Below, one piece after another: positions 51,106 to 63,420 of a DNA stretch of 64,000 nt (its first letter is position 1; every line of letters starts with the position of its first letter). The position numbers were made by a program, and so were the translations under genes. Origin of the DNA: Octopus sinensis (lineage: Eukaryota). Below the pieces are notes generated by a model that was given only the letters and a program-made list of their open reading frames with translations, was not told where the DNA came from and ran no database searches. The stretch lies in the NCBI RefSeq assembly GCF_006345805.1, contig NC_043000.1, forward strand, positions 117,738,001 through 117,802,000. The letters are read 5' to 3'.

Positions 51106-51479
51106 AGAAAGAAGGAAAGGAAGGAAAGGAGGAAGGAAGGAAGGAAGGAAGAAAGAATCGATCTAGGTACTGAATTACTATTTTATCGACTTCGAAAAGG
51201 CGAAGTTAACCTCGGTGGCATTTTAAACTCATAGCATTTCTTTTTCTCGCTTTTATCCCACCGAGGGCAAACTTTGCCTTGCCTCCTTTCGAAGTCGATA
51301 AAATAAGTACCAGTTAAGTACTGGGGTTGATGTAATCAACTAACTCTTCTTCTTCTTCTTCTTCTTCTTCTTCTTCTTCTTCTTCTCCCTCCTCCTCCTC
51401 CTCCTCCTCCTCCTTCTCCCTCCTCCTTCTCCCTCCTCCTTCTCCCTCCTCCTTCTCCCTCCTCCTCCGCCTCCTAAAC

Positions 51480-52140
51480 TTGCTGGTTTTGTGCCAAGAT
51501 GAGAAACCCCGGGCAGTGAGTTGGTAGAATCGTTAGTGCGCCGGACAAAATAATTTGCGACTTTTCTTCCGGCATGTTTGTGTCCTGAGTTCAAATCCCG
51601 TGGTAGTTAACTTTGCTTTTCTTCCTTTTGTGATCGATAAAATCAAGTACCAGTCAAGTACTGGGGTCGATAGTATCGACTACTTCCAATTTCCCTCAAA
51701 ATTGCTGGCCTTATAGTTAAGTCAGAAATCATCTCTGTTTTGTTAAAGCGGTGAGCTGGCAGAATCGTTAATACACCGGGCAAAATGCTTAGCGGTATTT
51801 CGTCCGTCTATGAGTTCTGAGTTCAAATTCCACCGAGGTCGACTTTGCCTTTCATCCTTTCGGGGTCGATTAAATAAGTACCAGTTGCGCACTGGGGCCA
51901 ATATAATCCACTTAATCCGTTTGTCTGTCCTTGTTTGTCCTCTCTGTGTTTAGCTCCTTGTGGGTAGTAAAGAAATAAGTATTTCGTCCGTCTATGAGTT
52001 CAAATTCCACCGAGGTCGACTTCGCCTTTTATTCTTTCGGGATCGATAAAATAAATGGTAGTTGAACTCTGGGGTCGGTGTAATCGACTTGGCCCTTACC
52101 ATGAACCTGTTGGCCTTGCGCTTAAATCAAAAACGATTAT
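51480..52140 (+). mobile_element. SINE B copies including a tandem-unit copy (51745-52140)
   Basis: aagcggtgagctggcagaatcg head; repeated gtatttcgtccgtctatgagtt unit. Confidence 0.85.
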
Positions 52141-53000
52141 CTCTGTTTAGTTAGCTTATTCATCTTCATTGTTTGGAAAAGAAATAAAACAAAACAAAAA
52201 AGAAATGTAAAATAAAGTACAAAAAAAAAGCAAGAAAATTTTTAAAAACCTAGTCAGTATACAACGGATTTTTATATTTACGTATCTTGAATGAAGTTCT
52301 GTGTTTGATAGATATTTCTCAATATACGACTGGTGCCATCGCTAATGTGTATATTTTTAGAAATGAATTAAATGGAAAATTGCTTTCTAAACTATCAAAA
52401 AATGAATAAAAAAAAATAATAATAAAAAACAAGAAAAGAAAATTGGACAAAATAAAATTAAATACATAAAATAAACAATTAGGTTTTTGAGATCAATTTC
52501 TTGCCATTTAATTATTAATATTTTCAGTCTGGGAAAAGGTTACCGGTGCCACTACGAAATATTTGCTTCTCTAATTCCTGAAACAACGCTTTCTTCTTAC
52601 GTAAATTAAAATGAATTAATGAGAGTAGAAACCGAAAAAAAGAAAAAAAGTTACAATATCGTTGTTATATCTTGAGTTTTCTTCTCTGTGATTCCAAGCT
52701 GTCTGACGGAGTTCCTGCACATAAAAGCTTTACTAATTAAAAAGCGTGAGAGCAACGGAACCTTTTCTACATCATTGAAGATGAGGATAACGATGACGTC
52801 AACGAATTAACAACAGTGACAAATAAGTCTTTCTAATTTTGGCACAAGGCCAGCACTCCTAAATGAGGGGTTAGACGATTACATTGACCCCATTGATGCT
52901 CAGCTGGTATTTATTTTTATCAAACTCGAAATGATGAAAGACAAAGCTGACCCGGGTTTGAACTTAGAACAAGGATAAATGCTGCTAAACATTTTGACCG

Positions 53001-53282
53001 TGGAGGCGCAATGGCCCAGTGGTTAGGGCAGCGGACTCGCGGTCGGAGGATCGCAGTCTCGATTCCCCGACCGGGCGTTGTGTGTGTGTTTATTGAGCGG
53101 AAACATCTAAAAGCTCTACGAGGCTCCGACAGAGGGTGGTAGCGACCCCTGTTGTATTCTTTCACTCTCTCTTTCTCTTCCTGTTTCTTGAGTAACGCTG
53201 CGATGGACTGGCGTCCCATCCAGCTGGAACTCATACGCCACAGAAACCGGGAAGCCGGGCCCATGAGCCTGGCTAGGCTTGA
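53001..53282 (+). mobile_element. Chimeric SINE (C head plus D tail) with 14-bp TSD
   Basis: aaacattttgaccg at 52987-53000 and 53283-53296. Confidence 0.85.
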
Positions 53283-53729
53283 AAACATTTTGACCGGCGA
53301 GGTAACGATTTTGCCAAACGGTTTCAAACTGAAGTCTAAGATCAGCATTTTTGATGGTGAAAAGTTAGATGACTAAATCGGCCGTTGTACTAAACTGGTA
53401 CTTTATTACATCGACCCAGGGTGGATAAAAGACAAAGTTGATCACAACAAGATTTGAATCTAGAACTTAGACCCAAGAAGAAGGAAATTGGTCGATTACG
53501 TCGATCTCAGTTCTTAATCGGTATTTAACTTTATTGACCCCGGATGGATGAAAGGCAGAGTCTACCTCAGATAAATTTAAACATAAAAAGTAAGAAACTC
53601 GGTTAGTAATATGAGTATTAAGCATTTACTGGATTTAATAAAATCCATTGTATCCTTATTTTAATCCATAAAGCGCGGCGATTTGCGCTTACATAGCATG
53701 TACTGCTGAGCACATTTTATGAGACTACG

Positions 53730-54075
53730 GTCAGAGACCCCCTTCGGTCAATACACAGACCATGGGATTGCACCTAGAAAGTTACCCTCCCAGACACAAG
53801 TCCGGGCAAGGTTGTTTATGGAAGACTAGCAGTCGTCCATGCATACCGGCTTCCCTTCTCCACACTACAAATGGTATCCAAGGGAAAGGGAAAGGGGCCG
53901 ATACAGCTTGGCACCTGTGACGACGCGCAACTCATTTCTACAGCTGAGTGAACTGGAACAACGTGAAATAAAGTGTCTTACTCAAGAACACAACACGTAG
54001 CCCGGTCCGGGATTCAAACTCACAACCTCACGATCGTAAGCTCGATGCTCTAACCACTGAGCCATGCACCTTCAC
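53730..54075 (-). mobile_element. D-related tRNA SINE with a different tail and 11-bp TSD
   Basis: atgagactacg at 53719-53729 and 54076-54086; minus head gtgaaggtgcatggctcagtggttagagc. Confidence 0.85.
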
Positions 54076-54569
54076 ATGAGACTACGATGCACATATAAAA
54101 ATGAGATGCACACTATGAAAAATGAGACTACGATGCACACATAAAAAAACAAAAAATAGTTAAAATATCTTCTAAGTATATAATGGTGGCAAGTTTTACA
54201 TCATCTGAAAAGTCATTAGTTGAACTATTAGTCCTCTTGCATTCTGGGGGTATCAGAGTGTTTGAGTGACATTAGATCCCCAACAAACGCCCATAAATTA
54301 AATGCATGTATCTGGGCCGCGATCGTGGCCTGTCAACCTGTGCCTGACGGCCACTATCGTTGCTCGTTGCGCTTTATGTGTTAAACATGGCTGGCTTTGT
54401 AAAGTAGAATAGAGAGGTTATCAAAAGAGGGAGAATTTTATTACCCTACGCTGTTTCATTTTTCGGTTAAATTCCTATCTGTTCATTTATATCGTTAACG
54501 GTCTTCACGAAAAGCGAGACATAAAATTCTGTATGTGTTTCTTATACGAGATGATGTAAAACTCTCACT

Positions 54570-54780
54570 CAGTGGTTCTCAACCGGGGTCCATATAAGGT
54601 TTTCTTAAGTTCATGAGCAATAAATTGGCGATATTTCTACTATGCACAAAATGTTTTAACATTCTTATACAATTCCTAATATTTAATTATAAAAATATAA
54701 GATTTTTTTAAGCATTGACAGGGTATGAATAAAATAGGAATCCAAGGGTTCCAGAGGCAAGAAATGATTGAGAAACACTG
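54570..54780. mobile_element. hAT (Charlie-like) MITE
   Basis: TIRs cagtggttctcaa / ttgagaaacactg; flanks ctctcact and ctctagtg (degenerate 8-bp TSD). Confidence 0.75.
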
Positions 54781-54898
54781 CTCTAGTGCCACTCTTTAAT
54801 TTCTCCCGCCAACTTTGCTCTGAAGAAGGATTTTTCTCCGAAATGTTGGATTTTCGAATCAGGATTTCAACTTAGAACGTAAAAAAAAGCGGAAGAAA

Positions 54899-55081
54899 TA
54901 CAGTTCTATATTTAAGAGGTAAGGGATTATGTACATTATTTACATTATTTACATTTGACGGATATTTGTCTTCATCTTGTTTGTTGTTAACACAACGTTT
55001 CAGCTGATATACCCTACAGCCTCCATCAGGTGTCTTGGGGAAATTTCGAACCTGGGTCCTCATTCCTAAGGTATTTTTCGA

Positions 55082-55136
<55 letters not shown>

Positions 55137-55242
55137 GCTCTTAACCACTACGTCATATGTTTACGGGCATATGGCGTAGTGGTTAAGAGCGGGGGCTACT
55201 AACCCTAAGATTCCAAGTTTGACTCCAAGCAGTGACCTGAAC

Positions 55243-55307
<65 letters not shown>

Positions 55308-55384
55308 CAACAACATCGAAAAATACCTTCGGAATAAGATCAACAAACAAGATGAGGACAAATATCCGTCAAATGTAAATAATG
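54899..55384. mobile_element. Head-to-head pair of tRNA-headed, (AAT)n-linked, hammerhead-tailed SINE-like elements
   Basis: 23-bp central hairpin (55137-55190); plus copy has A box 55172-55182 and B box 55217-55226; minus copy carries the hammerhead; shared tail caacaaacaagatgaggacaaatatccgtcaaatgtaaataatg. Confidence 0.8.
54989..55034 (-). ncRNA. Minimal type-I hammerhead motif (A9G variant)
   Basis: Minus: gacac CTGATGG a ggctg-tagggtatat-cagct GAA ACGT T gtgtt. Confidence 0.68.
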
Positions 55385-55614
55385 AACGGAAGAAATGCTG
55401 CAACGAATTTTTGTCCAACACGGCGAGATTTGAACTCAGATCGTAAAATGACGGAACGATTACCGATTTCTTGCACAGGACAAGCTTTCGCATTGAATAA
55501 GAAAAACGCTAAAAACAACAGCAGCAGCGGCAGTAGTTGTAACAACAACAACAACTGCAAGAACGGCAGTAACATCTCCGCCTCTTCCCTCTTGACATCA
55601 ACCACAACGACAAT

Positions 55615-56215
55615 ATATTTCTTTACTGCCCACAAGGGGCTAAACATAGAGGGGACAAACAAGGACAGACAAACGGATTAAGTCGACTACATCGACCCCA
55701 GGGCGAAACTGGTACTTTATTTATCAACCCCGAAAGGATGAAAGGCAAAGTCGACCTCGGCGGAATTTGAACTCAGAATGTAACTGCAGACGAAATACCT
55801 ATTTCTTTACTACCCACAAGGGGCTAAACATAGAGGGGACAAACAAGGACAGACAAACGGATTAAGTCGACTACATCGACCCCAGTGTGTAACTGGTACT
55901 TAATTTATCGACCCCGAAAGGATGAAAGGCAAAGTCGACCTCGGCGGAATTTGAACTCAGAACGTAACGACAGACGAAATACCTATTTCTTTACAACCAC
56001 AAGGGGCTAAACACAGAGGGGACAAACAAGGACGGACGAACGGATTAAGTTGATTATATCGACCCCAGTGTGTAACTGGTACTTAATTTATCAACCCCGA
56101 AAGGATGAAAGGCAAAGTCAACCTCGGCAGGAATTTGGACTCAGAACGTAAGGGCAGGCGAAATACGGCTACGCATTTCGCCCGGCGTACTAACGCTTCT
56201 GCCAGCTCGCCTCCT
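55615..56215 (-). mobile_element. SINE B with three tandem ~180-bp internal units
   Basis: tttctttac..cacaaggggctaaaca...gacgaaatac repeated at ~55620, ~55802 and ~55986; one head at 56190-56215. Confidence 0.9.
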
Positions 56216-57943
56216 TCATCCACAACGACAATAGCAATTAACATGGAACAATAGCGGCTATAGGATTAACACTGCCACCTCCAGTAACAACTATTACAGT
56301 CGGAACTATTACAAAACAGCAACAACAATAACAACAACGTCAGTGGTACTATATAGTTTACATAATACTTCGAGAAAAAGAAAAAAAGAAATATAGGCTC
56401 TGAAGGTGGAAGCAAATTGGAAGAGGTGGAGAGGCGGCGGTGGTGGTGGTGCAAGGGCGGCGTAAAACTAATTTGGCAGGAGAAAGAGTTTATATTGCAG
56501 ACGATGGCCTACATAACAAATGCCAGTGAGCTGATATTTAGCAAAGATGTCACCAAAAAGTAATTTAAATGAAAGACATTTGTTCTGTGATTCTATTTTA
56601 AACGAAAACAACCCCCATGCCGTAACCCTTCTTCGTATAATCAACCTCGGTTTGCAGAAAAAACAAAAAGAGAACAATTTTTACCACAAAGAAAAAGGAA
56701 GAAGAGAAAAGGGGAAAATGCCCAACGTCTATCATCGCAGAAAGAAATCTACCGCTACGCGCACACGAGCGAAAACACGCATGTACTACAACACACACAC
56801 ACACCACACACACACACACACCACACACACACACACATACATACGTGTGTGTGCACAAATGCACGAGCACAAACGCACGTATCAAACGCACACTCACGCA
56901 CAAAACTCAACACACACACACACACACACACATACACATACACGCAAACACACGAATCAAGCACGTATCACACACACACACTCATACACATACGCGCGCG
57001 CAAACACAGAAATACACGTGCACACATACACATGCAAACACACGCATGCAAATACGCATATACACACACGCAAACACAAATACACGCGCACACATACACA
57101 CATACACACACACGCAAACACAGAAATACACGTGCACACATACACACGCAAACACACGCATGCAAATACACACATGCACGCAACTACACTCACACAAATA
57201 TACACATACACGCCCAGACACACACAGCATGCAAATCTACGCATTTATATATATATATGTACACACATATACACGCGCGTACATACACACACCATGCCAC
57301 ACATAAACACACACATACGTATATACACCAACACCCCTTACACATACACACACTCACACACACACACAAAACGACATAAAATTCCAACTCCATTTCTTTT
57401 CCTATAAAGCCGACCCGTTTTTATTCCTTTTCTATTAATTAGGATATCGCGTTGCTTGGATTCATCAATCTCTTCACAAGCTTTCTTCTTCTTCTTCTTC
57501 TTCTTCTTCTTCTTCTTCTTCTTCTTCTTCTTCTTCCCAGAGTTTATGCGATGGAATAAAGAAACGATGAGAAACGATGTTGATTCTCAACAGAGATTCT
57601 TATTGCTATGAAAATAAGAAGTAAACAGCATCTCTGTCAAGCAGCATCAGCGACCTCATTACAACACCTGGATGTAGGCGTTATATATCAGGTGGAGTCA
57701 AAAGTATTTTAAGTTTTAGTGGTAAGAATCTCTCAAGAGAACTGAAAAGAAGAAGGACTGCAGAAGAGAAACCCCATTCACGCAAGCGTTTTGGCCCTTA
57801 ACTTTTATGAATGTAAGAGGTAAGTAGAACCTCTGTCAACCAGCACCAGCGATCTGTTTGCAGCACTAGGCTGAATGAAAAGTTTTTTTTTTCATATTTA
57901 AAGCTTTAATTAATAATTTAGACAAATTACATACGAAAAGCGT

Positions 57944-58240
57944 TTATTCATCAAAATATATTCCATCATATTCTATTGTCTGTTACTATCGTTGTGCCAG
58001 AAGCTCAATTCCACGTTTATACCATTTGGGTGGTTTATTGGCAAAAAAACTCCCCGCAACCGTTTTCAACATCATCCACGTTGTTCACCCTTCGTCGGTG
58101 CAGGAAATGGGCCGAGGCTCGGAAGAGCTTGTAATTTGAGGGTGTAGGATCTGGACTGTAGGTAGGATGAGGCAATACTTCTGGTGTCTCAAGTTTCTCA
58201 AGTTTGAGCTTGGGCACATTGGTTGTGTGTGTTGGAGTAT
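57944..58240 (-). pseudogene. Mariner transposase C-terminal remnant
   Basis: Minus: LPHPTYSPDPTPSNYKLFRASAHFL...NNVDDVENGCGEFF..KPPKWYKRGIELLAQR**QTIEYDGIYFDE*. Confidence 0.8.
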
Positions 58241-58439
58241 TGTAATATTAAAGGAGCGCGCGTCTTCGATTGATCAATGCCGGCTAGCATTTCTGCCAGT
58301 TCGCCGCCATTTTAAGACAATATATAATGTTTTATTTCTTATATTTTCCGTTCTTAGCTACACTACATTATCCATAGTATGTTATTATTTATTTTATTTA
58401 TTTCTCTTCATTGGACTGGTTCAAATGTGCGAAATAACT

Positions 58440-58852
58440 ATTTCTTTATTGCCCACAGGGGCTAAACACAGAGGGGACAAACAAGGACAGACAAAGGAAT
58501 TAATCGATTACATCATCGACCCCAGTGCGTAACTGGTAATTTATAGACCCCGAGAGGATGAAAAGCAAAGTCGACCAGGGCGGAATTTGAACTCAGAACG
58601 TAACGGCTGACGAAATACCTATTTCTTTACTACCCACAAGGGGCTAAACACAGGGAGGACAAACAAGGACAGACAAACAGATTAAGTCGATTACATCAAC
58701 CCCAGTGCTTAACTGGTACTTATTTAATTGACCCCGAAAGGATGAAAGGCAAAGTCGACCTCGGCGGAATTTGAACTCGGAACGTAACGGCAGACGAAAT
58801 ACGGCTATGCATTTCGCCCGGCGTGCTAACGTTTCTGCGGGCTCACCGCCCT
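58440..58852 (-). mobile_element. SINE B with two tandem units
   Basis: Unit repeated at ~58441 and ~58621. Confidence 0.9.
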
Positions 58853-59164
58853 AAACGTACGAAATATTGAAACAACACAATCCCTGCTGCAGCATTGAGA
58901 TCTTGATTTACTTACTGGAAGGCAACATTTTATTCTGCCGATACTCCGACAGTCATATGTATCGATCCATGCGTTGCAAATTTTTCTGTGTGTCTCTTCA
59001 TTTGCCATTTTCAGATCAGCTAGAAGCAAATCAGTTCGGTAGATGTCTCCCCAGCACAGCATAGCAAGCGAGCTTGCAAGAAAAGTATTATGTAAAAATA
59101 ACGTATTCCTGTGATAGAAAGTTTGATGTGAAAGTGCATCTGTAGGATAGTGTTTGTGTTGTGG

Positions 59165-59580
59165 GATCTTTTCGGTTTGAACGGCAGTTTTTTCTAGCGG
59201 TGTCATATGAAATTGTCACCCATAATTATGACCCTAGTATCGATCTATTGCTTTTCAATCTAATTAAGGGTTAGGGTTAGGGGTGGGGGAAAGGGTATCT
59301 TTTTTTTCTTCACAAATGTAAATAAACCCAATCTGTTTCTTAAACGAGGGACATATTCATACGGCACAGAATGTTTTCACCTCAATAGACGTCATTGATT
59401 GGTTGAAATTGCAGAAATTGAAGAAAAAAAACCCCAAATATCTTACAAACTATAGAATTTTCTCAATAAAGCCAAGAGAAAAATATGTTTTATAAACACT
59501 TTCTACCAGTATACGAAGTTTAAAAGTGTTTAGTTGCGTGGAAATTATTTTTAAAAACTGCCGCTCAAACCGAAAAGATC
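59165..59580. mobile_element. MITE with ~28-bp TIRs
   Basis: gatcttttcggtttgaacggcagttttt / aaaaactgccgctcaaaccgaaaagatc. Confidence 0.8.
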
Positions 59581-60551
59581 AGTGTTGTGTTTTTTTTTTC
59601 CGTCACCACCGCCTTACGGTGGTGGTTAATTTTCTCGTAACCAGTATAAGATTAAATCATATATAATCATTGCTATTTTATTTAGTTTCTATCGGTGTTA
59701 TCTACCCATCTATTAGTATAATAAAGTAATTTATTCATAATTAGACGTAAACTGTTTAACAGGTTGAGTTTCCTCAGGAAAATGTAATATCGCCAGCGGC
59801 GTGAAACGAACTCACAATACACAAGTCAGTAGGGCTACAGACAACCAAAACGTTTATAACTAATTTATCTCTTGCTGTCTGACCTGCAATTATTCTCAAT
59901 TATTCCTCTCTTTTAGAATCTCCGCCACGCTATCTCGCAATAAATAAAACGAAATAAAATAAGCTATATATTTAATATACAAAATATATATACATAAAGT
60001 TTACTCGAACACCATTTTGATATCAATGACCTCTCACTCACTGGTAGAATAAACATGGCTTTATAATTATGAATGGCGTTGTATGATGGTTAGACGAGGC
60101 AGTATTATTAATGGATTTAGTAATGTTGTGCTGTGACTATGAGGAAATAAGAACTATTACATCAGCTGTTATCAAAGGAAACTTGGCGGAATCTAAGGTT
60201 ACGCGTTGAGACAAGCGTTTATTCAATAAGGTTATATTAATAACTTTAAAACTTAAAACACGTACACAAAAATAAAAAGACCCTCAAAAAGCTTTACGTT
60301 GACGTCTCATCGGATGTTAGTATAGCCGAGTGGTGAGGCGCGCCGAAATTATTGAGGGCGGGAAGAAGATGAAGAAGATGAAGAAGAAGAAACAGGAGAA
60401 AATGAATTTAGCGGGATCAATTCCAGTTCGGTAGATAATTAAGTTTTTAAGCGTTAATTTAAAATGTGATTACAGGGGATCTGATCTTGTCAAAGATACA
60501 TTAAGGTTAGCAGGAAAATCTTCAGGCAGTGGTCTCCCTATGATAAGGATT

Positions 60552-60690
60552 CTTCTTCTTCTTCTTTTCTTCTTCTTCTTCTTCTTCTTCTTCTTCTTCT
60601 CTTCTTCTTCTTCTTCTTCTTCTTCTTCTTCTTCTTCTTCTTTTCTTCTTCTTCTTCTTCTTCTTCTTCTTCTTCTTCTTCTTCTTCTTT
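60552..60690. repeat. (CTT)n microsatellite
   Basis: Direct inspection. Confidence 0.97.
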
Positions 60691-61764
60691 CTCCTGCAGA
60701 TTCATGTATTATTGTTCGTATGCTCACATATATTTCTATGTATGTATGTATGTATGTATGTATGTATGTATGTATGTATGTATGTGTGTGTGTGTGTGTG
60801 TGTGGTTCAATGTAGGCATGAATGAATTCTTATTTATATTCACATGTAAGCGTTTTATACATACATACATACATACATACACACACACAAAACATACATG
60901 CACGGTTGTCTATGTTTCTGTAATTATATATATAGATGCGCGCGTGTGTGTGCGTATAAATATGTGTGTTTCAAAAAGTGTGGTCTCATTCAACCGCTGA
61001 TGAAAATCTGGTTTCTATCAGATGAAGGAGGGGTTAAACTATGATATATCTGGTTTTTACTGTACTGTGTGACGATTTCTAAGAAATATAAATAAAACGT
61101 ACATCAACTAATTAGAGGTCGTATTAGGGTGAGGCTATTATCGAAGCCGGCTTGTATACCCTTTATTCAGAGCAAAACGTGGCTAGTAATTTTCGTTGGT
61201 TTCGCGGTTTGAAAACTCTGCAAGCCTCAATACAGATAACGATTGCATTGTCCTTAATATTAGTTTAAAACTTCAACCCTTCTCAAAGTTATATATCAAT
61301 CTGAAATGTTAAAATGCTGTACAACTTATCAACTAAATGTTTCTGTCATATTTTGTTGAAGGAAATGGGTCAGTTTTATTTTATTTTATTTTATATTATT
61401 TTATCTCTCTTTATTTTGTTTCGTTTTTCTTTTTTTTTTACTACATGTGTCGTTTGTTTGCTGAGAAAATATTCTGCTGTGTGGTCCATAGGACTGAAGA
61501 AGGTCTGATGTTGTGCAGTAGTTATACACACTGACAGCAATGTTTTATAAAGCCTGCAGCAACAAACAACCACATTGCTGCACAATACACTTGTGATAAT
61601 AACTTCCTTTGCAGTAATCTTTTGATTTCTTTCACTTGTTTCAGTCATTGGACTTCGGCCATGCTGGAGTGTCGCTTGAACCCTTCAGCATTTGGATTAC
61701 TGATTTGAATATAATGCTTATTTATTCCTATTGTTTGAATGAATCGTGTTATATTATAGCTGCA

Positions 61765-61995
61765 ATAAGGCGGCGAGCTGGCAGAAACGTTAGCACGCCG
61801 GGCGAAATGCGTAGCCGTATTTCGTCTGTCGTTACGTTCCGAGTTCAAATTCCGCTGAAGTCGACTTTGCCTTTCATCCTTCCGGGGTCGATAAACTAAG
61901 TACCAGTTGCGCACTGGGGTTGATGTAATCGACTTAATCCCTTTGTCTGTCCTGGTTTGTCCCCTCTATGTTTAGCCCATTATGTGTAGTAAAGA
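61765..61995 (+). mobile_element. SINE family B, full single unit
   Basis: aaggcggcgagctggcagaaacgttagcacgccgggcg...gtagtaaagaaa. Confidence 0.92.
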
Positions 61996-62239
61996 AAAAT
62001 ATATTATAGCTGCAAGATGGGATTATTTATTCAGTGATGGGATTATTTATGTTGACAGTGGCATTGTAGTGTAGGTGCGAGAGGCTAGATCTAGCAGGTT
62101 TAAAGATAAAACAGATGGAATATTTGTGCCAGATATGGCCGGTTTAAAAGCAGTGGCGTTAAAGGGTTTAATCGAACAAATTAACCCTACTGCTTATTTT
62201 TTAAATCTCGTGCTTATTGTATCGTTCTATAATCAAACC

Positions 62240-62465
62240 AATACTGATTGCCAAGCACAGGGTGGGGACAAAAAAAGGCAAAAATGAAGACAAACACGCA
62301 TATATAAGACGGGCTTCCGTACTGTTTCCATCGACTAAATCCACTCAGGAGGTAGTACTTGATCGGGAGCTCTAGTAGAAGATAATTGCCCAAGGTGTTG
62401 CGCAATGGAACCGAACTCGAAACCATGTGGTTAGAAAGCGAACTTGTTAACCACAGCCAAGGAGC
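62240..62465 (-). mobile_element. SINE family A, diverged 5' part
   Basis: gacgggcttcc...ctaaatccactca...tgcccaagg...ccatgtggttag. Confidence 0.7.
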
Positions 62466-63014
62466 AAAGTTTCTGCAAAATGGAATCAAAAGACAAATAA
62501 TCCTTTTGATATTTTGTGAATGAAATTACTTTCGGAAATCTTTGGAAATATTTGTTGCAATTAGAATTGCCACGACGAGAAGTCTGTAAAAACTAACAGT
62601 GATCAATTAATCAAAGTATTATTTATTTGTTGATTTCAAATTCCTTGTAAGTAGTGAATCGGGTTTTTTGTCCTTCGGTCTAGATACAAACAACACACAC
62701 AGCAATCAAAAGGGTAAATTTAAATTGCAAATCAAACGATTTTCCATACTAATTTCGTGACGTAGGTTGTCAGACTATAGAAATATACGTAGATGGATAT
62801 CTCAACGTTGACATGAACTACCAATCAAGCGATATTCGTAGCTATTTTCTTGACATAGGTTATCGGAGTGTACCTAGCGAGTTAATATCTTACTATTAGC
62901 GTTATACAATCTCTATTGTCGTCCAGGTAATAAATAGTTTCACCTAAGCTTTCTTGTCTGCAAATAGCTGCATTGAATTACTTACAGATACCCGTGGTAA
63001 TATTTTGTAAGTAT

Positions 63015-63420
63015 ATAAGGTGACGAGCTGGCAGAAACGTTAGCATGCCGGGCGAAATGCTTAGAGGCATTTCATCTGCCGTTACGTTCTGAATTCAAAT
63101 TCCGCCGATGTCGACGTTGCCTTTCATCCTTTCGGGGTCGATAAATTAAGTACCATTTACGCACTGGCGTCGATGTAATCGACTTAATCCGTTTGTCTGT
63201 CCATGTTTGCCCTCTCTGTGTGTGGCCCCTTGTGGGCAGTAAAGAAATAAGAAACGTTAGCACGCCGGGCGAAAATTCCACTGAGGTTGACTTTGCCCTT
63301 CATTCTTTCGGGGTCGATAAATTAAGTACCAGTTGCGCACTGGAGTCGATCTAATCGATTAAAATTCTTCAAGGTGGTACCCCAGCATGACCGCAGTCTA
63401 ATGAAAAAAAAACAAGTAAC
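63015..63420 (+). mobile_element. SINE B with partial tandem second unit, followed by a SINE A 3' end
   Basis: aaggtgacgagctggcagaaacg head; gaaacgttagcacgccgggcg repeated at ~63252. Confidence 0.85.

Noticed and set aside
55615-56215. Regularly spaced repeats suggestive of a CRISPR array
   Set aside because: Units are ~180-bp SINE bodies with no unique spacers, the context is eukaryotic, and there are no cas genes.
58980-59070. Polypyrimidine tract plus ttttcag acceptor, followed by DQLEANQFGRCLPSTA*
   Set aside because: No partner exons or homology; too weak to call a host exon without RNA data.
59265-59290. Telomere-like ggttagggttaggg
   Set aside because: Only two units, internal to a MITE; not an interstitial telomere array.
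60990-61035. CTGATGA-aa-atctg/cagat-GAAG hammerhead-like string
   Set aside because: GAAG instead of GAAA, no palindromic stem III or UH, and a poor stem I.
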